This document shows positions 1-8,696 of a DNA stretch of 64,000 nucleotides, one piece after another. The notes below the pieces were generated by a model. The model was not told where the DNA came from. It did not search any database and saw only the letters and a program-made list of their open reading frames with translations. The stretch's first letter is position 1. Every line of letters starts with the position of its first letter. The DNA comes from an uncultured Acidobacteriota bacterium (lineage in GTDB: Bacteria > Acidobacteriota > Thermoanaerobaculia > UBA5066 > DATFVB01), in assembly GCA_963813155.1 (NCBI GenBank), contig CAWEYG010000002.1:768001-832000 (forward strand), written 5' to 3'. Position numbers and translations under genes: made by a program.

Positions 1-2
1 AT

Positions 3-488
3 AGCCGGCAAATCCTCTTCGCCGGGAGCGAGGCCGGCCACGGGCTTCGCCTCTATCGGCTCGGCATCGACGGCGGGAGCCCCCACGCGATCACGCCCGA
101 GGGGATCACCGTGGGCCTTCCGGGATTCGCGGTTTCCCCGGATGGAAAGTTCGTGGCCGCCGTCGCGGCCGATCACAAGGCCATGCTCTTTCCCGTCGAG
201 GGCGGTACTCCCCGCCCGATCCCCGGCGTCGCCGACGGGGAATTTCCGCTGCGTTTCTCGCCGGACGGGCGCTCGATCTTCGCCTGGAAACGGGGCGAGA
301 TTCCGGCGCGCGTCCCGCGCGTCGACATCGGATCGGGACACCGCGAGATCTGGAAGGAGCTCCTCCCCGTCGACCCGGCGGGCGTCGAGCGAATCTCGAA
401 CGTCGTCGTCAGCGCCGATGGAAAAGGCTACGCCTACTGTTACGCGCGCTTGCTGTCCGACCTCTTCGTCGTCGAAGGGCTGAAGTAG
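3..488 (+). CDS. C-terminal fragment of Ser/Thr kinase-TolB-like beta-propeller protein (5' partial)
   Basis: Frame is open from the window edge. SPDG propeller repeats and the C-terminus DLFVVEGLK match the two downstream paralogs. Confidence 0.85.
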   Translation, partial: SRQILFAGSEAGHGLRLYRLGIDGGSPHAITPEGITVGLPGFAVSPDGKFVAAVAADHKAMLFPVEGGTPRPIPGVADGEFPLRFSPDGRSIFAWKRGEIPARVPRVDIGSGHREIWKELLPVDPAGVERISNVVVSADGKGYAYCYARLLSDLFVVEGLK

Positions 489-492
489 GGTC

Positions 493-2973
493 GTGACCCT
501 TCCCGCCGGTACGAAGCTCGGTCCCTACGAAATCCTCGCGCCGATCGGCGCCGGCGGGATGGGCGAGGTGTATCGCGCCCGCGACTCCCGACTGAACCGC
601 GACGTCGCCGTCAAAGTGCTCCTGAGCGACGCCGCGGCGAGCCCGGAGCGCCGGTCGCGCTTCGAGAAGGAAGCCCGGGCCGCCTCGGCGCTGAACCACC
701 CGAACATCGTCTCGATCTACGACATCGGGGAAGCGGGCGAGATCACTTACATCGCGATGGAGCTCGTCGACGGCGCGACTCTGCGGGACTCGCTCCCGGC
801 GGGCCCGCTCCCGGCGAAGAAGATTCTCGATCTCGCCGTGCAGATCGCCGACGGTCTCGCGAAGGCGCACGCGGCCGGAATCGTCCACCGGGACCTGAAG
901 CCGGAAAACGTGATGCTGTCGAAAGACGGTTTCGTGAAGATCCTCGACTTCGGGCTCGCGAAGCTCGTCGAGACGGCGGCCTCCGAGCTGTCGGACCTCC
1001 CGACGGGGACGACTCCCGGAATGATCATGGGCACCGCCGGATACATGTCGCCCGAGCAGGCCGCCGGGCGGGCGCTCGACTTCCGGTCGGACCAGTTTTC
1101 CTTCGGCGCGATCCTCTACGAAATGGCGACCGGCAAACGCGCCTTTCGGCGCGACACGGCCGCCGAAACGCTGACCGCGATCATTCGCGAGGAGCCGCAG
1201 TCCGTCTCCCAACTCCAGCCCAGGAGCCCCGCGCCGCTGCGGTGGATCATCGAACGATGCCTCAACAAGGAGCCGGAGGAGCGCTACGCCTCGACGAAAG
1301 ACCTGGCGCGCGACCTCGACACTCTCCGCGACCATCTTCCGGAGGCGACGATGTCGGGCGAGATGCCCGCCGCGGCCCCGGAGCAGCCGAACGTCGCGGC
1401 GTTTCAGCGGCTTTCGTTTCAACGCGGGACGATCCTGTCGGCGCGCTTCGCGCCGGACGGGCGCACGGTCATCTACGGCGCCTCCTGGGACGGCAACCCG
1501 ACGCGCCTTTTCTCGACCCGGCCGGAGAGCCCGGAATCGAGCGCGTTGATGCTGCCGGACGCCGAGATCCTTTCGATCTCCGCCAACGGGATGATGGCCA
1601 TCTCGCTCGAGCGTCACTGGGCCGGGCGTTTCATCTGGAGCGGAACGCTCGCGCAGGTGTCCATGCTCGGCGGCGCGCCGCGGGAAATTCTCGAAGACGT
1701 CCAGTGGGCCGACTGGGCGCCCGACGGCGCGTCGCTCGCGATCGCCCGAAACGTGGGCGGCAAGAACCGGATCGAGTTCCCGATCGGAACCGTCCTTTTC
1801 GAAACGGCGGGATGGGTGAGCCATCCGCGGGTCTCGCCCGACGGCTCGCTCGTCGCGTTCGTGATTCATCCCGTTCACGGGAACGACATGGGATCGGTCT
1901 GCGTCGTCGACCGGAGCGGCCGCGTCCGCACGCTCACAAACGACTGGGTGACGGTGTACGGCCTGGCCTGGCCCCGCCACGGCAAGGAGATCTGGTACAC
2001 GGCCACGCGCGCCGGGGTCGCGCGCGCGATCTGGGCGGTTTCACTCTCCGGCGAGACGCGCATGCTCCTGCGCACGCCGGGCGAGCTGACGATCCACGAC
2101 GTTTCGAAAGACGGCGGCGTTCTCGTCACGAGCGACAACGGCAAGGTCGGAATCGTCGGCCTGCCGCCCGGCCAGGAGAAGGAGCGCGACCTCTCGCTGC
2201 TCGACTGGTCGCGCGTCTGCGATCTGTCGCCCGACGGAAAGACCGTTCTCTTCGACGAGTCGGGCGAAGGCAGCGGCGCCGCGGGGGGAGTCTTCGCCCG
2301 AAAAACCGACGGCTCGCCCGCCGTCCGCCTCGGCGACGGCCGCGCGGGGTCGTTCTCTCCGGACGGCAAGTGGGTCGTTTCGCTCGCCCAGCTGCCGCCG
2401 CACAATGCGCGGCTCCTTCCGGTCAAGGCCGGCACGCCCCGGGAGATGGAGCACGGCGGACTCGCGGTGCACGCCGCCCGCTGGCTGCCGGACGGCCAGC
2501 ACGTTCTCCTGCTCGCGAACGAGCCGGACGCAGGCTTGAAGCTCTACATCCAGAACCCCGACGCCGGCCCGCCGCGGCCGATCACGCCCGAGGGAACGGG
2601 TGTCGGATTCTTCCCCGTCTCGCCGGACGGAAAATTCGTCGTCGCGCAGGGCCCGGATCACCTGTTTTCGCTCTATCCGCTCGACGGCGGCGAGGCGCAG
2701 CCGATTCCGACGCTGACTTCCGACGACCGCCCGATTCGCTGGACGCCGATGGGCAATTCCCTCTACGTCTTCCGGCGCGGCGACCTCCCGTCGCAGGTGA
2801 CGAGGCTCGACCTGGGCACGGGCCGCAAGGAGCGAGTGCTCGATCTCATGCCGCCCGATCCCGCCGGAGTCGTGGAAATCGTCTCGGTCCAGCTCACCCC
2901 CGACGCGGCTTCCTACGCCTACAGCTACCATCGCATACTCTCGGACCTGCTTCTGGTTGAAGGCTTGAAATAG
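493..2973 (+). CDS. Hanks-type Ser/Thr kinase with C-terminal TolB/WD40-like beta-propeller, no obvious TM helix
   Basis: GAGGMGEVY, VAVK, HRDLKPEN, DFG and YMSPEQ motifs; SPDG repeats; ends DLLLVEGLK. Confidence 0.95.
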   Translation: MTLPAGTKLGPYEILAPIGAGGMGEVYRARDSRLNRDVAVKVLLSDAAASPERRSRFEKEARAASALNHPNIVSIYDIGEAGEITYIAMELVDGATLRDSLPAGPLPAKKILDLAVQIADGLAKAHAAGIVHRDLKPENVMLSKDGFVKILDFGLAKLVETAASELSDLPTGTTPGMIMGTAGYMSPEQAAGRALDFRSDQFSFGAILYEMATGKRAFRRDTAAETLTAIIREEPQSVSQLQPRSPAPLRWIIERCLNKEPEERYASTKDLARDLDTLRDHLPEATMSGEMPAAAPEQPNVAAFQRLSFQRGTILSARFAPDGRTVIYGASWDGNPTRLFSTRPESPESSALMLPDAEILSISANGMMAISLERHWAGRFIWSGTLAQVSMLGGAPREILEDVQWADWAPDGASLAIARNVGGKNRIEFPIGTVLFETAGWVSHPRVSPDGSLVAFVIHPVHGNDMGSVCVVDRSGRVRTLTNDWVTVYGLAWPRHGKEIWYTATRAGVARAIWAVSLSGETRMLLRTPGELTIHDVSKDGGVLVTSDNGKVGIVGLPPGQEKERDLSLLDWSRVCDLSPDGKTVLFDESGEGSGAAGGVFARKTDGSPAVRLGDGRAGSFSPDGKWVVSLAQLPPHNARLLPVKAGTPREMEHGGLAVHAARWLPDGQHVLLLANEPDAGLKLYIQNPDAGPPRPITPEGTGVGFFPVSPDGKFVVAQGPDHLFSLYPLDGGEAQPIPTLTSDDRPIRWTPMGNSLYVFRRGDLPSQVTRLDLGTGRKERVLDLMPPDPAGVVEIVSVQLTPDAASYAYSYHRILSDLLLVEGLK

Positions 2974-2983
2974 GAGGCCACCG

Positions 2984-5569
2984 ATGAGTCTCGCTGCGGG
3001 AACCCGGCTCGGGCCCTACGAGGTGATCGCGCCGATCGGAGCGGGTGGAATGGGCGAGGTCTACCGCGCCCGCGACACGCGTCTCGGGCGCGAGGTCGCG
3101 GTCAAGGTGCTTCCGCCGGACTTCGCCTCGGACGGGCAGCGGCGCTCGCGGTTCGAACAAGAGGCGCGTGCCGCCTCGGCGTTGAACCATCCGAACATCG
3201 TGACCGTTCATGACGTCGGGGCGGCGGACGGACATCTCTTCGTCGCGATGGAGCTCGTCGATGGCAAGAGCGTGCGCGAACTGCTCGAAAGCGGACGCCT
3301 TCCGGTCAGCCGGTGCCTCGATTTCGGAACGCAGATCGCGGAAGGTCTCGCCCGCGCACACGCCGCGGGCATTGTCCATCGGGACGTGAAGCCCGAGAAC
3401 GTGATGGTCACCAGGGACGGCTTCGTCAAGATCCTCGACTTCGGCCTCGCGAAGATCGCGGCAGGACCGAAGATGGACGCTTCGAACATGCCGACCTCGA
3501 TACCCACGGATGCGGGCACCGTCATGGGAACGGTCGGCTATATGTCGCCCGAGCAGGCGGGGGGACGTTCCGTCGATTTCCGCTCCGACCAGTTCTCGCT
3601 CGGAACGATTCTTTACGAGATGGGGACGGGCAAGAGGCCCTTCCAGCGGGACACCGCCGCCCAGACGATGGCGGCGATCATCCAGGAGGACCCGGAACCG
3701 ATCGCGGCGGCGAACGCGAAGGTCCCCGCGCCGATGCGCTGGATCATCGACCGATGCCTCGCGAAGGAACCGGACGGCCGCTACGCCTCCACGACGGACC
3801 TCGCCCGGGAGCTCAAGAGCCTTCGCGATCACCTGTCGGAAGCGACATCCACTTCGGTTTCCGCCGGTGTATCCACGGCGAAGGTGCGCCGGACATCCTT
3901 CGCGCCGATCGCCCTCGCGGTCGTCATCACCGCAGCGGTGGCCGCTCTTCTCTCAAATCGCCTGACTCTCAGAGCCCACCCGACCGAGGCGGCACCGGTC
4001 TTCCACCGGCTGACTTTCGGCCACGGGACCATCTGGGGCGCGCGCTTTGCTCCGGACGGCGGGACGATCGTCTACTCGGCCGGGTGGAGCGGCGACAAGC
4101 CGACTCTCTACTCCGTCCGCCAGGACAATCTCTTCTCGACCGCGCTGCCGCTCCCTCCCGCGCTCCTCTTCGGAATGTCGCCCCAGAGCGAGCTCGCGAT
4201 CGGCCGTGCTCCGGTGTCCCAGACCACGCTGGTCCAGATCGGCACCCTTGCGCGTTCGCCGCTCTCCGGAGGTGCGCCTCGCGACCTCGAGGAGAAGGTC
4301 GTAGCCGCCGACTGGGCGCCGGATGGCCAGTCGCTCGCGGTCGCGCGCGACATCGGGGGACGATTCGGCCTGTTCTACCCGGAAGATCACCTTCTCTACG
4401 AGAGCTCCGGGTGGATCAGCAGCATCCGATTCTCGCCCGACGGGAAGCAGATCGCCTTCCTCGATCACCCGCCCGGGGGCGATGCCGGCGAGGTCATCGT
4501 CGCCGCGGCGGACGGCAAGGAGAAGCCGCGCACGATCGCAAAGGATTTCATCAGCGTCCAGGGCCTTGCCTGGCGGTCCGACGGCAGCGAGATCTGGGTC
4601 ACCGGGACGACGTCGGGGATCGCACGATACCTGGTCGCGATCACGCTCCTGGGAAAAATTCGCACCGTCTACCGCGTCCCCGCAACGTTCACGATCCACG
4701 ACCTCGGCAAAGATGGCCGGGCGCTCATCACCGAGGACGACTACCGGAACGCGACGTTTCGGGGCGGAAACGGAGGTCCCGAGCGAGACCTCTCCGCTCT
4801 CGACTGGGCGGCGCCGGGCGGACTCTCGCGGGACGGGTCCCTCGTGAGCTTCGACGAGAGCGGCGAAGGCGGCGGCGACAAGGGAGCCGTGTACATCCGG
4901 AAGACGGATGGATCGCCCCCGGTTCTCCTGGGCACGGGAGCGTCGGGCGGAATCTCTTCCGACGGCGCGTGGGTCGCGCTGCTCTCGACCGACAGTCGTA
5001 CCGTTTCCGTCTACCCGACGGGCGCCGGTAAGTCGAAGACGTTCCCGCTCACCATGATCGGCGGAAAACCGCAGTTCGTCCGCGATGACAAAGCGCTCTG
5101 CTTCTTCGGGGTCGAAAAGGGACACGGACCCCGGCTCTACGTCCTCGACCTCGCCACCGGCAAGACTCGGCCCATATCGGAAGAGGGAATTCGCTCCATC
5201 TCGTACATCCCCGTGTCTCCCGACGGTCGATCGGTGCTCGCGCCGAGTCGCGACGGGCTCCTCGCGAGCTATCCGATCGACGGCGGCCCGGCACGGCCGA
5301 TCAAGGGTTCGGAGAAGGGAGATACCTCTGTGGGGTGGAGCGCCGACGGCGCAAACGTCCTGGTGGGTCGCCGCGGTGAAAACCCCTTCCCGATCTACCG
5401 GATCGATCTCGCCAGCGGAAAACGCACCCTCTGGAAGCAGATCTCCCCTCCCGACCCGGGCGGGATCACCGGGATCGCCCCCGTCATCGTGACGCCCGGC
5501 GGGGACTCGTACGTGTACAGCGCGACCCGGATCCTTTCGACGCTGTATCTCGTGGAGGGACTGAAGTGA
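2984..5569 (+). CDS. Hanks-type Ser/Thr kinase with TM helix and beta-propeller sensor
   Basis: Same kinase motifs (HRDVKPEN, DFG); hydrophobic FAPIALAVVITAAVAALL; AGGAGG SD; ends TLYLVEGLK. Confidence 0.95.
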   Translation: MSLAAGTRLGPYEVIAPIGAGGMGEVYRARDTRLGREVAVKVLPPDFASDGQRRSRFEQEARAASALNHPNIVTVHDVGAADGHLFVAMELVDGKSVRELLESGRLPVSRCLDFGTQIAEGLARAHAAGIVHRDVKPENVMVTRDGFVKILDFGLAKIAAGPKMDASNMPTSIPTDAGTVMGTVGYMSPEQAGGRSVDFRSDQFSLGTILYEMGTGKRPFQRDTAAQTMAAIIQEDPEPIAAANAKVPAPMRWIIDRCLAKEPDGRYASTTDLARELKSLRDHLSEATSTSVSAGVSTAKVRRTSFAPIALAVVITAAVAALLSNRLTLRAHPTEAAPVFHRLTFGHGTIWGARFAPDGGTIVYSAGWSGDKPTLYSVRQDNLFSTALPLPPALLFGMSPQSELAIGRAPVSQTTLVQIGTLARSPLSGGAPRDLEEKVVAADWAPDGQSLAVARDIGGRFGLFYPEDHLLYESSGWISSIRFSPDGKQIAFLDHPPGGDAGEVIVAAADGKEKPRTIAKDFISVQGLAWRSDGSEIWVTGTTSGIARYLVAITLLGKIRTVYRVPATFTIHDLGKDGRALITEDDYRNATFRGGNGGPERDLSALDWAAPGGLSRDGSLVSFDESGEGGGDKGAVYIRKTDGSPPVLLGTGASGGISSDGAWVALLSTDSRTVSVYPTGAGKSKTFPLTMIGGKPQFVRDDKALCFFGVEKGHGPRLYVLDLATGKTRPISEEGIRSISYIPVSPDGRSVLAPSRDGLLASYPIDGGPARPIKGSEKGDTSVGWSADGANVLVGRRGENPFPIYRIDLASGKRTLWKQISPPDPGGITGIAPVIVTPGGDSYVYSATRILSTLYLVEGLK

Positions 5570-5612
5570 TCCGCCTTCCTTCGGAGTCCCGGCGGATGGA
5601 GAAAACTCAGTC

Positions 5613-7370
5613 GTGAAGACGCTTCTGTTGTTCCTGACGATCGCCGCCGTCGCCGCCCCCCTCGCCGCGGCGGCGCCTCCTTCCGACGCTTCGGCAAAGC
5701 TCCACGACCTCTTCGATCGCGAATGGAAATGGCGCCTCGCGGAGCACCCGCTGTTTGCCACCTCGGTCGGCGTCCACGATTACGACGACCGGCTCGGCGC
5801 TGTGGCGGCGGCCGACGAGGCCCGGCGCGCCGAAGCGACGAAGGCCTTTCTCGTCGAGCTGCGGGCGATCCCGCGGGACATTCTCTCCAACGAAGATCGG
5901 ATCGACACAGAGATTTTTTCGCGGCAGCTCGAGGACCGGATCGAGTCTTTCCGTTTTCGCGAATACGAGATCCCCCTGTCCGCCGATTGGGGCTTCCACA
6001 CGACGCTGACGCGTCTTCCCGAGGAGATGCCGTTCTCGACCCCGCGCGAATATGAGAACTACGTCTCGCGCCTGAACGCGATTCCGAATTTCGTCGACGA
6101 GCACATCTCGGTCATGCGCGAGGGTCTCGCGCGCGGCATGACGCTGCCCAAGGTCGTGCTCGCGGGAATCGACGAGACGATGACGGCACACGTCGTAAAA
6201 GACGCCGAGAAGAGCGTCTGGTGGAAACCATTCGCGCGATTTCCCGCGACGTTCACGGCAGAGGAAAAAACGAGGCTCGAAGCCGAAGGCCGCCGGGCGA
6301 TTCTCGACTCGGCCGTGCCCGCGTTCGCGAAGCTCGCGGACTTCATGGTCAAGGACTACATTCCGCGCGCGCGGACGTCGATCGCGACGGCCGATCTGCC
6401 CGACGGCCGCGCGTACTACGAGTTCCTGCTCCGCCGTTTCACGACGCTTCCCCTGACCGCCGAAGAGATTCATCGGACGGGACTCTCCGAAGTGGACCGA
6501 ATCCAGAAGGAGATGGACGGCGTCATCCGCGAGGTCGGGTTCCAGGGGGACTTTCAGGCGTTTCTCGAATTCCTCCGGACCGACCCGCGCTTCTACGCGA
6601 AGACGCCCGACGAGCTGCTCGAGCGCGCTGCGTGGATCTGCAAACAGATGGACGGCAAGCTCCCGTCGCTCTTCCGAACGCTTCCCCGTCTGCCCTACGG
6701 CGTCGCACCCGTTCCTCCGGAGATCGCGCCGAAGTTCACGGGCGGGCGCTACGTCGAATCGCCCGTGGGCTCGACCCGGCCGGGCTACTTCTGGGTCAAT
6801 ACCTACCAGCTCGACCACCGCCCCCTCTACACGCTCGAGGCGCTCGCGTTCCACGAATCCGTCCCCGGCCACCATCTTCAAATCGCGCTCTCGCAGGAGC
6901 AGAGGGACCTCCCCGACTTTCGCCGGTTTTCCTACATCTCGACGTTCGGCGAAGGATGGGGGCTCTATTGCGAGCACCTCGGGCTCGAGGCCGGCTTCTA
7001 CAGGGACCCGTACAGCAACTTCGGCCGGCTCACCTACGAGATGTGGCGCGCGTGCCGCCTCGTCGTCGACACGGGCATGCACGCGATGGGATGGTCGCGC
7101 GAGAAGGCCCTCGATTACATGGGCTCGCACACCGCGCTCTCGCTTCACGAGGTGCAGACCGAGACGGACCGCTACATCGCGACGCCGGGACAGGCCGTTT
7201 CGTACAAGATCGGCGAGCTCACGATCCGCCGGCTCCGGACGAAGGCCGAAGAGGCGCTCGGAAAGAAGTTCGACGTCCGCGAGTTTCACGACGCCGTCCT
7301 TCTGCACGGCTCGGTCCCGATGCCGGTCCTCGAGGAACAGATCGACCGCTACATCGCGGCGAACAGGTAA
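5613..7370 (+). CDS. DUF885 family secreted putative metallopeptidase
   Basis: Signal peptide; HESVPGHHLQ, EGWGLYCE, RACRLVVDTGMH and PGQAVSYKIG motifs typical of DUF885. Confidence 0.9.
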   Translation: MKTLLLFLTIAAVAAPLAAAAPPSDASAKLHDLFDREWKWRLAEHPLFATSVGVHDYDDRLGAVAAADEARRAEATKAFLVELRAIPRDILSNEDRIDTEIFSRQLEDRIESFRFREYEIPLSADWGFHTTLTRLPEEMPFSTPREYENYVSRLNAIPNFVDEHISVMREGLARGMTLPKVVLAGIDETMTAHVVKDAEKSVWWKPFARFPATFTAEEKTRLEAEGRRAILDSAVPAFAKLADFMVKDYIPRARTSIATADLPDGRAYYEFLLRRFTTLPLTAEEIHRTGLSEVDRIQKEMDGVIREVGFQGDFQAFLEFLRTDPRFYAKTPDELLERAAWICKQMDGKLPSLFRTLPRLPYGVAPVPPEIAPKFTGGRYVESPVGSTRPGYFWVNTYQLDHRPLYTLEALAFHESVPGHHLQIALSQEQRDLPDFRRFSYISTFGEGWGLYCEHLGLEAGFYRDPYSNFGRLTYEMWRACRLVVDTGMHAMGWSREKALDYMGSHTALSLHEVQTETDRYIATPGQAVSYKIGELTIRRLRTKAEEALGKKFDVREFHDAVLLHGSVPMPVLEEQIDRYIAANR

Positions 7371-7400
7371 GCCGGCCACGCCGGCGCTGAAGGAGAAAAC

Positions 7401-8495
7401 GTGGTGAAAAGAATTTCCGCTCTCGGATGTTGCGCCCTTCTCACGGCCCTGTCCGCGTTCGCGGCCCAGCCGCCGAGGAAGACGCCGTCGCCGGAGATTC
7501 CGGCCGAGAAGTTCTACAAGAACATCCAGGTCTTCCAGGGCCTGCCGTCGACGGAGCTCATGCCCGCGATGAGCTTCATGGCCAACTCGCTCGGCGTGAA
7601 GTGCTCTTTCTGCCACGTCACCGACAACACCGGGAGATGGCCGATGGAGCGCGACGACAAGGCCGCGAAAGGGAAGGCTCGCGAGATGATCCGCATGATG
7701 AGGGAGATCAACAAGGCCAACTTCCCGGGGCGACTCGCCGTCACGTGCGCGACCTGCCACCACGGTTCGCACGACCCGGTCTCGACTCCCCCGCTCCTCG
7801 CGGAATCGGCCGCGGCACACCCCGCCTCCGCGGCGGCCGCGCCGGCGGAACCCTCCGTCGACGCCGTGCTGTCGAAGTCCATCGCGGCCGTCGGCGGAAA
7901 GGAGGCCATCGAGAAGATTCACACACGCCGCCTGCGCGGCAGCTTCACCGGCGGCGACGGCGAGCCGCATCCGATCGAGATCTCACAGACCTCTTCGGGC
8001 AAATACCGAAGCTCGGTTTCGCTCAAGGACGGCGCTTTCACGATCGTGTTCGACGGAAAGGCGGGAACGACCGGCGGGCCCACCTGGAACAACCCGATGG
8101 AGCCGTCGGAGATCGAACGGATCCGCTGGCGCGCGGACCTGTTCCCCGCAGCCGACCTCAAATCCCGTTTCCCGACTCTCGCCGTTCGAGGCCGGGAAAG
8201 CGTCGGCGGAAGGGACGCGTGGATCCTCCAGGCGCGGGACGCCGATGGGAAGAAGGCGACCTTCTGGTTCGACGCCGAAGACGGCCTTCTCCTGAGGACC
8301 CTCCGCTTCCAGCGCACGGCCCTCGGCGACACTCCGGAACAGGCGGACTACTCGGACTATCGGGACGTCGACGGTGTGAAGGTGCCGTTCACGATCCGAC
8401 ACACGGCGCCCGATCGCACCGACACGATCGCGGCCACCGAGCTGAAGCAGAACGTCGAAATCGACGAGAAGGCCTTCGCCCCGCCGAAGTCCTGA
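7401..8495 (+). CDS. Secreted diheme c-type cytochrome (reaction-centre cytochrome c family-like) fused to a LolA-like/outer-membrane sorting domain
   Basis: Signal peptide; CSFCH and CATCH; YKNIQV and ARxMIRM family motifs; C-terminal YSDYRDVDGVKVPF beta domain. Confidence 0.8.
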   Translation: MVKRISALGCCALLTALSAFAAQPPRKTPSPEIPAEKFYKNIQVFQGLPSTELMPAMSFMANSLGVKCSFCHVTDNTGRWPMERDDKAAKGKAREMIRMMREINKANFPGRLAVTCATCHHGSHDPVSTPPLLAESAAAHPASAAAAPAEPSVDAVLSKSIAAVGGKEAIEKIHTRRLRGSFTGGDGEPHPIEISQTSSGKYRSSVSLKDGAFTIVFDGKAGTTGGPTWNNPMEPSEIERIRWRADLFPAADLKSRFPTLAVRGRESVGGRDAWILQARDADGKKATFWFDAEDGLLLRTLRFQRTALGDTPEQADYSDYRDVDGVKVPFTIRHTAPDRTDTIAATELKQNVEIDEKAFAPPKS

Positions 8496-8521
8496 CCTGG
8501 GCACTACGAGGCGCGGCGAGA

Positions 8522-8640
8522 GCCGAGCGGGTCCTGTCACGGCACTCGACCCGCTTTTCCGCTCGCCGCAAGCCTGAGGACTTTGCTACACCCGCGTCGC
8601 GAGCGGCAAAAGGGGTCTCGCGCCGGGCCACCCGCTCGGC
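8522..8640. repeat. Long imperfect inverted repeat (rod-like hairpin) between convergent genes
   Basis: GCCGAGCGGGT(8522)/ACCCGCTCGGC(8630), GACCC/GGGTC, TTTTCCGCTCGC/GCGAGCGGCAAAA. Confidence 0.7.
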
Positions 8641-8696
8641 GTCGTTTCGCTACCGCTATTTATCCGCGGCTTTCTCGCTCTGTTCGCGGATTTTTT

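Noticed and set aside
7401-7800. Evidence for phototrophy from the reaction-centre-type cytochrome
   Set aside because: It has only two hemes, no puf/psc/bch genes are nearby, and the family occurs in non-phototrophs.
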